Source: Mustelus asterias (lineage: Eukaryota). From it: DNA of 64,000 bases. The notes beneath the pieces are model-generated. The model made no database searches. It was not told where the DNA came from and saw only the letters and a list, made by a program, of their open reading frames with translations. Where the stretch lies: assembly GCF_964213995.1 (NCBI RefSeq), contig NW_027591796.1:1-64000 (forward strand), read 5' to 3'. The translations under genes and the position numbers were made by a program. The stretch's first letter is position 1. Each line of letters opens with the position of its first letter. Shown one piece after another: positions 10,397-24,099 of the stretch.

Positions 10397-13300
10397 ATGG
10401 CGGCAGGGGCGGGGCTTGTCCACGGCGCGCGCTGGCACAAGTGGACCCTCGAGCTTAACTTGAGCGGCAGCAGCAGGTGCGGAGGCCGCGCGGGAAGCCG
10501 GGGGCTCGAGAAGGAGGCAAGCCGGGTCAGCCCGTCTCTCCTGAGGGGAGGCCACCGCACACTGACCCGGGGATGTGGCACCAACCCAAAACTTCCCAAC
10601 CCCGGGTTTTTCACGCCTCTTTTACCCCTCACCGAGCTCCTCAGCACAAAGCAGCCCCTCAAATCCCCCAGGTCATGACCCTGAGATGCCCTTTTGGTTT
10701 CAGCCCCTCCACCTGATCAGGTGCCAACTGCGGTGGTGGTTGGAGGAACGATTGCTCGTTTCCAGGGCCGGGTGCTGAACTGGATCTCTCTCAATGTCCC
10801 GCAGTGTTTGTTTTCAAGATACAATTTGGTACATCTGGTGATTTGTCACTTTGTCCCTAAATGGAGGGCAAGTGGATTGGCACCCTGATTATCAATTGAC
10901 ACTAATCCACTTCTGCATCTCTCCATTCCCCTGGCAGTTCAGTGGACACAACGGCAGTGTGTGTCCGAGGTTTGCCCAAGCTTTAGTTCGTGCTGGCACT
11001 ATTGCCACCACGTTGGGGTCCTCAACAGAGAGACTCCCTCTTTAAAGAAGGTCTTGAAAGGGTGACCAATTTGTGTTTTCTGTTTCTCACAGGAGCCGTG
11101 ATCAACAGTGTGGCCAGAGAGACTCCATATGCCCAGTCGCATATTCGGACAAACAGCTGCCAGACATCTGTGTCCAAGAAACAGACTGGATCCTGGTTGA
11201 GAAAGTAAGTTGGATTTGAATGTGTCTTTAGTGTGTGACTGACAACGCCCCTGGTTTGTCCACAGTGGTGAAGTACCTTGGTGAACCACAGCAGCCTGTG
11301 TGATAAAGGGTTAATCATCATGCTTACTTCAAGGCCTGGGTATAAGATCAGTATATGGCCTCCCCTAACCGGCCCCCTTTACTGATACCCTGCTCACTTT
11401 CTGTTTTCAGCGCTGCTGGGACATTGCCTTGGGCCCATTGAAACAGCTGCCCATGAATCTGTTCATCATGTACATGGCTGGCAACACCATCTCCATCCTC
11501 CCTATCATGATGGTGTGCATGATGGCCTGGAGACCCATACAGGCCTTGATGTCCATGTCTGCAAGTGAGTATTGTATCGAATCTGCAGCTCAGAAACAGC
11601 TCTGAACCGGCATCACTTGAATGTAGCTTAGAATAGAGTTCTGGGAGTTGGGTAATTAAGGGAGTTAGAGAAGAAAGGGAAAGAGGTGCTGTTTTGCTTT
11701 CTAACTTTCTCAGCCGTCAGGAAGTGATCTTACTCTTCGACAGGAGAAGAAGCTAGATTTTTGGTGAGGATCTGCGAAGTGACTACGGTTTATTCTATTC
11801 TTAAGGATTAAAAAAGTACAGCAACTGGTGGTAAGGTTAATAAAATACTTAAAAACTAAAATACTTGAAAACAAAAATAAAATATGTAATTAGGTAAAAT
11901 AATTAAACAGTTTATTCGCACACATTAAAGATGTGTCACAGCTGCAGCATGTGGGAGCTCCTGGCTGTCAGTTTGATCCAGGGCAACCATGTCTGCAGTA
12001 AGTGAAGTTCAAGCAGCTCTGGTTCAGAGTTTATGAGCTGGAGGCTGAACTACAGACACTGCAATGCATCAGGGAGGGGGAAAGTTACCTGGATTCTTTG
12101 TATCAGGGAGCAGTCACACTTCTTGGCACAGGGTCTGCTGATTTGGTCAGTGGTCAGGAACAGGAGAGTGAGACAGATAAGGGAACTCACAGACAGGAGC
12201 CTTAGCCTTTAACATTGTCCAGCCAGTTTGAGGTATTTTCAGCTTGTTTGGATGAATGGGAGCTGCAGGATGGATGAACCAATTACCCATGGCACTGTGG
12301 TACAGGAAGCCATTCTAGTGAGGGGAGCAAAAAGGAATGCAGTGATAATGGGGGACAGTATAGTGAGAGGGATTGGCACATTCTCTGCAGTAAAGAATGT
12401 GAATCAAGGCAGCTGTGGTGCCTGTCTGGGGCCGGGGTTCAGGACATCTGATCAGGGCTGGAGAAGAAATTTCAGTGGGGAGGGGAAGGTTCCAGTTGTC
12501 CTCGTCAATGTAGGTATAAACAACAGAGATAAAGAAGGAGATTTTCAGTGTCGATATGAGGACCTAAGCACTAAATTAAGAAGCAGAACCTCAATGGTTA
12601 TAATCTCTGAATTATTACCTGAGCCACATGCTAATAGGTATAGGACAGATCAGATCGGAGGGATGAATGCGTGACTGAAAGGCTGCGTTAAAGTTTATTT
12701 ATTAGTGTCACAAGTAGGCTTACGTTAACACTGCAATGAAGTTACTGTGAGAATCCCCGAGTCGCCACACTCCAGTACATGTTCGGGTACACTGAGGGAG
12801 AATTTAGCGTGGCCAGTGCACCTAACCAGCACGTCTTTCAGACTGGGAGAAAACCGGAGCACCCGGAGAAAACCCACACAGATACAGGGTGAACGTGCAA
12901 ACTCTGCACAGATAGTGACCCAAGGGGTGGCATAGTGGTTAGCACTGCTGCCTCACAGCGGCAGGGACCCAGGTTCAATTCCAGCCTCGAGTGACCGTGT
13001 GTGTGGAGTTTTCATGTTCTCTGTCTGTCTGCGTGGGTTTCCTCCGGGTCCTCCGGTTTCCTCCCACAGTTCAAAGATGTGCGGGTTAAATTGATTGGCT
13101 ATGGTTCGTTGTCCCATAGTGTCAGGGGGACTAACAGAGTAAATACGTTGTGTTACAGGGATAGGGCCGGGGTGGGATTATGGTCGGCGCAGAAGCGATG
13201 GGCTGAATGGCCTCCTTCTGAATTGTAGGGATTCTAAGCCAGTATAGAACCGAGTCCCTGGTGTTGTGCGGCAGCAGTACTAACCACTGTGCCACCCTAA

Positions 13301-15811
13301 CTGGTGTGGAAGGTGGGTTCTGGTTCATGGGACACTGACATCAGTACTGGGTAAAGTGGGATCTGTGCCGTTGGGACAGTCAACACCTGAACTGTGCTGG
13401 GGCCGGTGTTCTTGCGAACCCCATGATGAGGAAAATAGAGACGGTTTTAAACTAAATAGTGGACAAGGAATCAAATTTGGGGCAAGGAATCAAATTTATA
13501 TGAATGACTGGATGAAGGGATGTTTGGCAAATTTGCCGATGACACACAGATAGATGGAAAGTAAGTTGTGAAGCGGACATACAGAGAGTACAGAAAGATA
13601 GAAAGGTTAAGTGAGTGGGGAAATATCTGGCAAATGGAGTAGAATGTGGGCAAATTTGAAATTGTCCATTTCGGCAGGAAGAATGAAAAAGAAGCATTTT
13701 GTCTAAATTTTGAGAGATTGCAGAGCTCAGAGATTCAGAGGGATCGAGTCATAGAGGTTTACAGCATAGAAACAGGCCCTTCGGCCCAACTTGTCCATGC
13801 CGCCCTTCCTTTTTTAAAATCCCGAACCTAATCCCAATTGCCCGCATTTGGCCCATATCCCTCTAAACCCATCGTACCCATGTAACTATCTAAATGCTTT
13901 TTTAAAGACAAAATTGTACTTGCCTCTGCTACTACCTCTGGCAGCTTGTTCCAGACATTCACCATCCTCTGTGTGAAAAAATTGCCTCTCTGGACACTTT
14001 TGTATCTCTCCCCTCTCACCTTAAACCTATGCCCTCTAGTTTTAGACTCCCCTACCTTTGGGAAAAGATATTGACTGTCTAGTTGATCTGTGCCCCCTCA
14101 TTATTTTATAGACCTCTATAAGATCACACCTCAGCCTCCTACGCTCCAAAGAAAAACGTCCCAGTCTATCTATCCTCTCCTTTTAACTCAATCCATCAAG
14201 TCCCGGTAGCATCCTGGTAAATCTTTTCTGCACTCTTTCTAGTTTAATAATATCCTTTCTATAATAGGGTGACCAGAACTGCACACAGTATTGCAAGTGT
14301 GGCCTTACCAATGTCTTGTACAACTTCAACAAGACATTCGAACTCCTGTATTCAATGTTCTGACCAATGAAACCAAGCATGCCGAATGCCTTCTTCACCA
14401 CTCTGTCCACCTGTGACTCCACTTTCAAGGAGCTATGAACATGTACCCTCAGATCTCTTTGTTCTGTAACTCTCCCCAACGCCCTACCATTAACTGAGTA
14501 AGTCCTGCCCTGGTTCAATCTACCAAAATGCATCACCTCGCATTTGTCTAAATTAAACTCCATCTGCCATTCGTCAGCCCACTGGCACAATTGATCAAGA
14601 TCTGGGTGTCTGAGTGCATAAATCACAAAAGTCTAATATGCAGGTACAGCAAGTAATTAGGAAAACTAATAGAATGTTATCATTCATTGTGATGGGAATT
14701 AAATACAGAACTTGGGAGGTTATGCTTCAGTTGTACAGGTCACTAGTGAGACCACATCTGGAGTACTGTGTGCAGTATTGGTCACCTTATTTAAGGAAGT
14801 GTGCAAGTATGCTGGAGACAGTTCAGAGACGGTTTACCAGACACTGATACCTAAAATGGATGTGTTGTGTTATGAGGAAAGGTTCTCACATGTTCCTGAA
14901 TTTCCTGCTTTTCCATTCTCGCTCTCAGTCTTTCGGGTCCTGGGGAATTCGAATCAGCACCGGCTGCAGCGTCTCATCTACTTCATCGGCAACCTGCTGG
15001 GGTTGGCCCTGGCCATCTACAAGTGCCAGGCAATGGGGCTGCTGCCCACACACGCCTCTGACTGGCTGGCATTCATCCAGCCGCCCCAGGTGAGATCCGC
15101 ACTCTGTATGTGAGGGGGAGCCAGGAAAATAGGAAGAGGAAACCATTCAGGGCTGTGGAGCCTGAGAGGTTGAGTAGATTGGGCCCAATTCTTTTTATTC
15201 ATTCGTGGGATATGGGCACCACTGGCTGGTCAGCATTTATTGTCCATCCCTCGTTGCTCTTGGAGGGCAGTTGAGAGTCAACCACAGGAAATCTGCCGCC
15301 CTTACCTGGTCTGGCCTACATGTGACTCCAGAGCTACAGCAACGTGGTTGATGCTCAACAGCCCTCGGGCAACTAGGGATGGGCAATAAATGCTGGCCAG
15401 TCAGAGACGCCCATGTCCCACAAATGAACAAAAACAAATGAGGGATGGGGGAAGAGTGCAGGGAAAGTGGGGATGTCTTTGGGAATTGAAGAATGGGGAG
15501 GAGTGCGGGGAAAGTGGGGATATCTATGGGGAGGAGTGTGCGGAAAGTGGAGATATCTTTGGGAATTGAGGGATGGAGAGGAGTGCAGGGAAAGTGGGGA
15601 TATCTTTGGGAATTATGGGATGGGGAGGAGTGTGCAGAAAGTGGGGATATCTTTGGGAATTGAGGGATTGGGAAGACTGCAGGGAAAGTGGAGATGAGGT
15701 TGATGATGAATAGTGGAGCAGGCTCGACAGAAGCTATTCCCACTCCGATTCTTACCACCTTCTTCTTTCACACAGAGAGTGGAGAACACGGGCGGGGGCC
15801 TGGTCCTGTGA
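10397..15811 (+). CDS. EMC4: ER membrane protein complex subunit 4; exons 10397-10476, 11093-11204, 11411-11564, 14929-15089, 15776-15811 (543 nt, 180 aa)
   Basis: GT-AG joins keep the frame and give [20 protein letters not shown]...[52 protein letters not shown]...[45 protein letters not shown], matching vertebrate EMC4. Confidence 0.96.
12692..13298. mobile_element. Minus-strand SINE with a plus-strand HE1-like SINE (about 12925-13235) nested inside
   Basis: Host breaks at GTGACCCAAG and resumes at AAGCCAG; the insert has a complete head and tail. Confidence 0.8.
13748..14600 (-). mobile_element. CR1-clade LINE 3' part (young)
   Basis: ORF 14183-14626 [16 protein letters not shown]...[17 protein letters not shown]; [16 protein letters not shown]; same family as 63550-64000. 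Confidence 0.88.
15438..15695 (+). repeat. G-rich minisatellite of about 46 bp, about 5 degenerate copies, in EMC4 intron 4
   Basis: Repeated GGGAATTGAGGGATGGGGAGGAGTGCAGGGAAAGTGGGGATATCTTT. Confidence 0.8.
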
Positions 15812-16734
15812 TGGTCCCACTCTCCTACTATCGCTCGCTGAGACACGGCCTGAGGACGATCGACACCGGATACAACCTGCCGTCTGGCTAACCTGGGACC
15901 AGGCTTTCTGTAGGTAACATGCCCTCCCATCACTGTCCCCTCCACACACACACAGAGATAGACACTGGCCTGTGTACCTGTGACCGATGTGGAATGGCCG
16001 GAGATATTGACAGCAGGGACTGTGTATTTTTTCACTGGGGATTCAGTTGTTTATCATGTTGACCCCCTTTGCTGAGCCTCGGATAAGGGACCTGTTGGAG
16101 TTGACGATGGGACTGGAAGTTCCTGGATCAGTCATTCCAGGCTTATCCTGGTGCCTCTCATTCTCTCTCTCACCCAGGTCAGAAGGTCACAGGTTTGTGT
16201 AACCTGTTCCTGAGATTCAAGCTGCTGTAACAGGTTCTCCCAGGGGTCCCTCAAACCGTCTCTGAAATTAAGTTCCCTGACTGTGTGTTGCATCGTGCCT
16301 TGTGGGATCTTGCTGTGCAGTCACCATCTCTTCCTACAGAACGGCAGGAGGGAACATCGAAAGGAGGGAATGATTTAGCTCCTGTGCTTGTTCTGGGCTG
16401 TTCCAGAGCACTCTGAATCAACACAGCAGCTTCCTGTTTCCAAAACACAGTCACTGCTGTTCACCTGGGAAACCCGGCAGGCACTGCACACAGCAGATCC
16501 CACAAACTGTCGGATAACCACCAAATGTTAGGCTGTTTGAAGGATAAAGATCGGCCCTCGGAAACCAGCGGGAGCTCTCCTTCGCTCCATCCAGTAGTGG
16601 CCGTGGGATTTTACTATCCACCTGACACAGCAGTGAGTGAGGAGGGGGGGGAGCTTGGTTTCACTTCCTCAGCACTGACAGCTGGAGGCAGGTGATTGAC
16701 AGTGTAGTGTGTGCAGCTGTCTGTGTGCCCACCT

Positions 16735-17380
16735 GGGCGGCATGGTGGCACGGTGGTTACTCTCACAGCGCCAGGGCCCTGGGTTCGATTCCAGCCTTGG
16801 ATAAATCATAGAATCCCGACAGTGCAGAAAGAGACCAATCGGCCCACCGAGCCAGCACCAACAACAACCCCACCCAGGCCCTATCCCCATAACCCCACGT
16901 ATTTACACTGATAATATCCCCGACACTAAGGGGCAATTTAGCACGGCCAATCCACCTAAATCGCACGTCTTTGGAGTGTCGGTGGAAACCGGAGCAACTG
17001 GAGGAAACTCTCACAGACACGGGGAGAATGCACAAACCTCACACAACCTGAGGCTTGATTTGAACCCAGGTCCCTGGTTCTGTGAGGCAGCAGTGCTCCC
17101 CATTGTGCCGCCCCTGTGTCTGTGTGGAGTTGGCACGTTCTCCCCGTGTCTGCATGGGTTTCCTCCGGAGGCTCTGGTTTCCTCCCAAACTTCAATATGT
17201 GCTGGTTAGGTGGATTGACCATGCTAAATTGCTGCTTTATGTAACAAAATATGTAGATCAGAGTGATTAGTGGGGTAAATATATGGGGTTACGGGAATAG
17301 GGCCCGGGTAAGATGCTCTGTCAGAGAGTCAGTGCAGACTCAAAGGGCTGAATGGTCTCTTCTGCACTGTAGGAATTCTA
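16735..17380. mobile_element. Plus-strand SINE with a minus-strand SINE (about 16805-17113) nested inside
   Basis: Host head ends GGTTCGATTCCAGCCTTGG at 16800 and the body resumes near 17115. Confidence 0.8.
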
Positions 17381-17762
17381 CGACTTTGTCTGTGAGCAGG
17401 CACGCTTGTGTCTATGACTGTGTGTGTCTATGTGGGTGTACACGCATTTCAGTTCATGTGTGTGTGTGTGTACCTGTGTGCGAGCACATACACGTTTGGT
17501 GTGTGCGTGCGTGTGTTCACTTTATTTAATGATTGTGTTTGAGTCGTTCCTCTTTGTGTGTGTTTGTGGGGGGGAGGGGGGTGCGGGGAGGTGGTCACTA
17601 ATCCTCCCCCTCCCCATTCTGAGACCACACCCGAAGCAGGAGTGAACGGAAGAGGCCGGAGGCGAATCGATAACCTCGAGGTGAGTGAGGAAACAGTCAG
17701 TGTGAGTTTGATGCTGCTGTGAAGAATGTGCAATGTCTTTTCACTGATTCTGTAACTGTGGA

Positions 17763-17768
17763 AATAAA
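17763..17768 (+). terminator. Candidate EMC4 polyadenylation signal
   Basis: First canonical AATAAA I found downstream of the stop codon. Confidence 0.35.
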
Positions 17769-18892
17769 GTGTTTCAGCAAAATGGGATAAAAGCAAATTA
17801 CTGCAGATACTGGAATCTGAAACCAAAAGAGAAAAGGGTTTGACAAAGGGTCATCAACGTCAGCTCTTTTCTCTCCTGACAGATGCTGCCAGACCTGCTG
17901 AGATTTTCCAGCGTTTTCTCTATTGGTTTCAGCAAAACGGGGCCTCCATGAAATGACAGGAGACAAAACCGAGACTCAGATTTCACTGACTCCACCAGCT
18001 TAAAGCTCTCTTGTTCCACTTTAAACTCTGCAACACTCTCACCTTTTCTCTCCCACAATATTCAGGCTTCAGTAACCTGAGCTGGTGGTTAAATAACCGT
18101 TCCCTATTTGCTGACTCATTTCACCATCACTCCTGTTCTTCCAGCGCAATCCTGATCCCCACTTCCACTGCTGAAGAACACTAACAGACATCCCTCCCTC
18201 CGTGTTCGAGTCTTCAAAGTTCACTTTTTCAGTTGGGTAGGGTTTCAATTGAGAATCATAACACATCCCATTTCCATCTCCTCGTGGTGTCTGGGCCAGA
18301 TCAGGTGAATTTTCCACTAAAAGGTCTGTTTAATCCTTCTCCCCAAACTCCAGCATCTACAAGGCACAACTCTTGTGTCTAATTGAATAAGCTCCAATTT
18401 TCTGAATTAGTGCAGCTCCAACAACTCAGGAAGCTCAACACCATCCAAGACAAAGCAGCTTGATTGGCAATCCTTCTACAAACATCTACTCCCTCCAACA
18501 TTGACTCACATGGCAGCTGGAGGTGTACCACCTACAAGATGCACTGCAAGCACTCACCAAGGCTTCTTTGACAGCATCTTGCAAACCCGCAACCTCGAGC
18601 ACCTTGGAGAAGGGCAGCAAATGCATGGGAACATCATCACCTGCACGTTCCCCTCCAAGTCACTCACCATCTATACTCAGAGATTGATCACAATGTGAAA
18701 TTCACTGCCACAGGAACTAGCTGGACAACTCATCGTTTAAAAAGAAAATGTGATGAGTACGTGAGGGAAAGGAGATTAGAAAGATGAGCTGAAAGGCTGA
18801 AATGAGGGAGATGGAATGGGAGGTGTCTTGTATGAAATATAAACACCAGCACAGACTAGTTAAACCGAACAATGTCTTTCTGGTCTGGATAT

Positions 18893-19205
18893 TCATAGAA
18901 TCCCTATAGTGTCGAAGGAGGCCATTCGGCCCATTGAGTCTGCACCCACCACAATCCCACCCAGGCCCTTTCCCCATAACCTCGTGCATTTACCCTAGCT
19001 AGCCCCCCTGACACTCAGGGCAATTTAGCATGGCCAATCCACCTAACCCACACACCTTTGGACTGTGGAAGGAAACCGGAGCAAACCCATGCAGACACGG
19101 GGAGAATGTGCAAACTCCACACAGACAGTGACCCAAGCCGGGATTCGAACCTGGGACCCTGGCACTGTGAGTCAGCAGCGCTAACCACTGTGTCACCATG
19201 TCGCC
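18893..19205 (-). mobile_element. HE1-like SINE
   Basis: Head, core and tail as in other copies. Confidence 0.85.
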
Positions 19206-20489
19206 CAAGAATGAGAGAATTCTCTGTGATTCAATGTAATCTCTGACCGGTTCTTGATCAGTAAGTTCCACCATTTGCACTGCACCGGTCAGAGTATAAC
19301 CTGATGCTGAGTAATCACACTGAGATTCTGTCATGTGTAAAATTACAAATTACAACATTGTCATTGAAATTGGTGCACAGAAATTTTCATCAATCAGATC
19401 CACTCTCAAAAATGTTCTCCCAAACAACGCACTCTCTCAGATCTTTTCAGCAAGGATCCACTTCCAGGATTTCAATCTCTCCTTTCACTATTCTTCTGCC
19501 TCAGATTATCACATGCACTCAAGCTTCCACACAATCTCTCAGGTACCCAGCCATATCACCAGAACACCACTGTTTCACAGGTGGTACCAAAGTCCCAACC
19601 TTAGGATTACTTCAGATTCTGGCTTTTTGCCAGCCAACTTCACCAGGTGTGTTGCCTTTAACTGGAAGCCTCTCTCTACACCTTTCTTTAACTTCAGGGA
19701 ACAGTATCTTGTTCAGATTCCCTTTGACTTCAGTTTTCCTCAGACCTTTTTCATTCCCTGGTTTCTGGAACTATCTGTTCTTCAACTTCTGGGACTTTCT
19801 TTCTTGCCCTTACTCCATTGTTCTGCCTAATGGTTCTGGCAGTTTCCTCTTCAGCTAACTCAAAAATTATTTCTGACCCAAAATGGCCACTGGTTGCCAA
19901 GTCTTTCCTTACCTAGTCTTTACTTATGTGTGTTTTCACATTGTAAACTCTCTGAACACAATACAGGCACAGTTTGAAATGAAACCAAAACCCCATACAT
20001 GCAAACACCTTTATTTAACATTAATCTATGAAAGTTTTAACCCTTCTGTACACAGAAACACCGAATTAAACTCACTTAAATGTATATCTTATTTCTAATA
20101 TCCAACAATACAAATATAGGTTACTAAATCGACTGCTTGACAGAGAGAAACTAAAGCAAGATGAGTTTAGGGTTGGGCAAATTTTTAAACACATATTGAC
20201 CCAATGGAAGCGAGGGAAACAGCAGAGGCAGCTGATCAGACTGTCTCAATCTTAGTGACAAAGGAGCTTCATGAGCTCCTCAGACTTGCTGTTGTCGGTG
20301 AGGATGGAGGAGAGAGGGAGAACCCTTCAAAAGGAACTAAAACAGAAAATGCTGGAACGGTAGGTTTTGTCTGCAAAGCGCACAATAAACAATACTTTTC
20401 ACTGTATCCCAATACATGCGACAATAATAAATCAAACAAAAAATCAGATCAAAATAAGATACTGCAGATACTGGAAATCGAACCTCAAA

Positions 20490-20720
20490 ACTGAGTGGAT
20501 CTCTTCCCAAACTCAGAGCAGGTGAATAGCCTCTCCCCAGTGTGAACTCGCTGGTGTACAGGGATTCCCTGAACCACGTCTCACAGTAAAAGCAGCTGAA
20601 TGCTCTCTCATTAGTGTGAACACGTTGATGAGACATCAGTTCTCTACAGCTTTTATAGCAGTTCTCACAGTCTGGGCATTTAAAAGGTCTCTCCCCAGAG
20701 TGAAGCGGGGGTGGTTGGAG
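20490..20720 (-). pseudogene. Degenerate C2H2 zinc-finger remnant
   Basis: [16 protein letters not shown] and HTGER-linker DNA with frameshifts. Confidence 0.6.
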
Positions 20721-21264
20721 GGTAGATTATGGAGTGAATCCCTTCCAAAAGTGTCCTGGACCAGAACCCATAAATTATGTTCGGAAGCCAGATTAGATCC
20801 AAACAAATTTTTCGATTTTGGCATAAATGTGAGGATCGGATGCTTCACTTCAGGAGTAATTCCACTGACAAATTAGGAATCTTTCATGGTAAAACAAACT
20901 TTATTTAACAACAGCTTGAATATAATTCCAAAAAATGAAGCAGCTTAACTATTAACAGTTGAACAATATTTAAAAGTGAAAGGAAACAACTTTAATTTCT
21001 AATTTAGCACAATTTCAGTTCCAAATATGCAACATTCCTCAGAGATGTAGATCCCACTTCAGTTACAGTGAGAAACCATAAATATACTTGCTATAATGAG
21101 TATAGACTGTCCTGAAGCTTTCAGAGAGAAGACAAGTCTTAGAGCAGCTTGTAGAAACCCTCCATCTTCAAACAGTCCCCGGTGTGCTTCCAGCTCTGAC
21201 GGGTAACTGAAACTCTCCTCACGGTCTGCACATTTTCATGGTTTCTCCCTAATTTGAAATCCAA

Positions 21265-22179
21265 TCACAACTTGTGAATTCGCTGGTGCGTCAGAAGATT
21301 CGATGAGGTAACGTATCCCTTCCCACACTGCAAGCAGGTGAACGGCCTCTCCCCAGTGTGAACCCGCTGATGTATTGCTAGTTTAGAGGACTGATTGAAT
21401 CCCTTCTCACACACACAACAGATGAATGGCCTCTCCTCTGTGTGGATTCGCTGGTGTATTGCTAGGTTGGATGAGTGATTGAATCCTTTCCCACACACAC
21501 AGCAGATGAATGGTTTCTCCCCAGTGTGAACTCGCTGGTGTGTCAGCAGAGTTGATGAGCGACTGAATCCTTTCCCACACACAGAGCAGGTGAATGGCCT
21601 CTCCCCAGTGTGAATTCGCTGGTGTGTGAACAAGGTGGCTGACTGAGCAAATCCCTTTCCACACTGGGAACAGGTGAATGGCCTCTCCCCAGTGTGAACT
21701 CGCTGGTGTTTCAACAAAGTAGATGAGTCAGCAAATCCCTTCCCACACTGGGAGCAAGTGAATGGCCTCTCCTGAGTGTGAGTTCGCTGGTGTATCAGCA
21801 GAGTGGATGAGTGAGAAAATCCCTTCCCACATTCAGAGCAGGTGAACGGTTTCTCCCCAGTGTGAACACGCTGGTGTATTGCTAGGTTGGATGACTGATT
21901 GAATCCCTTCCCACATTGGGAGCAGGTGAATGGCCTCTCCTCAGCATGAGTCCTCTGGTGTATATGTAAGCTGGATAACTGAGTGAATCCCTTCCCACAC
22001 TGGGAGCAGGTGAATGGCCTCTCCCCAGTGTGACTGCGTCGATGAGTTTCCAGCAGGGATGGGTAATTGAATTCCTTCCCACAATCCTCACACTTCCATG
22101 CCATCTCCCTGTTGTGACTGCAATTATGTTCCCAAAGGCCAGATGATTGGTTGAAGTCTTGTCCACAAACAGAACACAT
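21265..22179 (-). CDS. Tandem C2H2 zinc-finger protein A (11 fingers, no effector domain)
   Basis: Open frame 21265-22227 with HTGERPF linkers; first in-frame ATG at 22179; splice acceptor near 22330. Confidence 0.85.
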   Translation of the reverse strand: MCSVCGQDFNQSSGLWEHNCSHNREMAWKCEDCGKEFNYPSLLETHRRSHTGERPFTCSQCGKGFTQLSSLHIHQRTHAEERPFTCSQCGKGFNQSSNLAIHQRVHTGEKPFTCSECGKGFSHSSTLLIHQRTHTQERPFTCSQCGKGFADSSTLLKHQRVHTGERPFTCSQCGKGFAQSATLFTHQRIHTGERPFTCSVCGKGFSRSSTLLTHQRVHTGEKPFICCVCGKGFNHSSNLAIHQRIHTEERPFICCVCEKGFNQSSKLAIHQRVHTGERPFTCLQCGKGYVTSSNLLTHQRIHKL

Positions 22180-22810
22180 GTACAGTTTCTCCCCACTGTG
22201 AGTGGTGCTTTTCTCTTCCAATTTCAAAATGCAATGATATTCAGGTTACAATAAATTGGCCGACTCATCAGATTCTGATATCATGTTTTGTTTCAGTTTC
22301 TCAACTGCAAATCTTCTTCTTGTGAACCCCTGTGAAATTGATTTAAAACAGAAAAAAGTGAGTGAGAAAGAACCCACAAAAACACAACGGTGGGTTGTGA
22401 AATTGAGCTGAATGAATCTGCTCATTTGTGGAGCTGCCGTGAGGAAAGGGTAACCAAGAAAGCTGCTGGATTGTCATACAAACCCAACTGGTTCACTGAT
22501 ATCCTTCAGGGAATGAAACCTGCCACACAGCCTGGGTCTACACAGGACTTTGGGAGGAGATAGAGAGAAGTAGGAGTGGCTGAGGTGAAGGCAAGGAATT
22601 TTATACATCTACAACTTGACAAGAACTTTGACAGAATCTCACAAACCCTCAACTCCACCAACTGGAAGGACCAAGATAGCAGATGGGTATAAACACCATC
22701 ACCTCCGAGTTCCTCCAACCCACACACCATCCTGACTTATCTGACTTCCAGTACTAAACGAACAGAAATTTCTTTCATATAAATACTGGGAAGACTGAAC
22801 CCACTGAACA

Positions 22811-23286
22811 TTGGAGAGAGTGCAGAGAAGGTTTACCAGGATGTTGCCTGGTATGGAGGGTCTTAGCTATGAGGAGAGATTGGGTAGACTGGGGTTGTTC
22901 TCCTTGGAAAGACGGAGAATGAGGGGAGATCTAATAGAGGTATACAAGATTATGAAGGGTATAGATAGGGTGAACAGTGGGAAGCTTTTTCCCAGGTCGG
23001 AGGTGACGATCACGAGGGGTCACGGGCTCAAGCTGAGAGGGGCGAAGTATAACTCAGACATCAGAGGGACGTTTTTTACACAGAGGGTGGTGGGGGCCTG
23101 GAATGCGCTGCCAAGTAGGGTGGTGGAGGCAGGCACGCTGACATCGTTTAAGACTTACCTGGATAGTCACATGAGCAGCCTGGGAATGGAGGGATACAAA
23201 CGATTGGTCTAGTTGGACCAAGGAGTGGCACAGGCTTGGAGGGCCGAAGGGCCTGTTTCCTGTGCTGTACTGTTCTTTGTTCTTTG
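22811..23286 (+). mobile_element. CR1-clade LINE 3' end
   Basis: [13 protein letters not shown]...FFTQRVVGAWNALP; GGGCCGAAGGGCC hairpin and (TTCTTTG) tail. Confidence 0.88.
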
Positions 23287-24099
23287 TCTTCAGTCCCCTC
23301 TCCAATCTCCACTTGCTCGCCAACAACTCTATCCCTCTTCCTGGCAACATGTCTGACCTGAACCAGGCTGTTCACAACCCTGGTGAAATATTTCACCCCA
23401 AGATGAGCTTCCAGCCACATGTCCACATCATCATCACTATTTCCATCTCAGTGACATCGCCCGACTCCACCCCAGTCTCAGCTCATCTAGAATTCTCATC
23501 CATTCCATTCTGATGTGAAACTCAGGGGAATGGGAATATAGAGAGGGAATGGGACTGGCTGAATTGCTCCAAAGAGGGTTGGCATGGATTTGAGTTGCCA
23601 AATGGATTCCTTTTGTGTTGTAATGTCTCCATCAGTGGAAATAGGTAACGTTGACACAGTGCCTTTTATATATCAAGACGAGAAATAGGGATTCATAAAT
23701 AACATAGCACGTACCATATAACTACATTAAACATATCTCTGTCCCAGGCGAATTTACTGTTCATTCAAACAGCCTTCTCCTGGGAAAACTCCCCCTTTAA
23801 TTGTGAACATTAGGTAAGAGGCTATCCTATTAGCCAGATAAATAAATGCGACAACCTGAGGGAGCCAAAAGATGTCAATATCTTTGAGAAAGAAAAAGAT
23901 ACCTGGGCCTAATCCTGCTAATTCCGATGTTCGTCTGTAATCGTTCCAGAGTCTGCAGCCTCCCTGGATTCACTTCCTTTCCCTTCAGTAGCTGCAAGTC
24001 CCCAGTTTCCCCCAGAATGAGAAAAGAAATGGAAAGGGGGAAACATTGATTTCCTCCCAGATGTTGTCCAGAGGAGGGAGTTTCACTCTGAAAATCATC

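Larger units (their letters stand above)
11620..14880 (+). mobile_element. Old degraded CR1-clade LINE in EMC4 intron 3 (ORF1 esterase and ORF2 fragments) with nested younger elements
   Basis: [22 protein letters not shown] (GDSL-like ORF1), [26 protein letters not shown]. Confidence 0.75.

Noticed and set aside
10024-10662. Antisense 212-aa ORF over EMC4 exon 1
   Set aside because: GC-rich CpG-island ORF with no protein-like features
19290-21180. Gypsy-like LTR/gag remnants; ORFs 19304-19858 and 19333-19830
   Set aside because: Too decayed to assign by eye; the plus-strand ORFs show no recognisable motif
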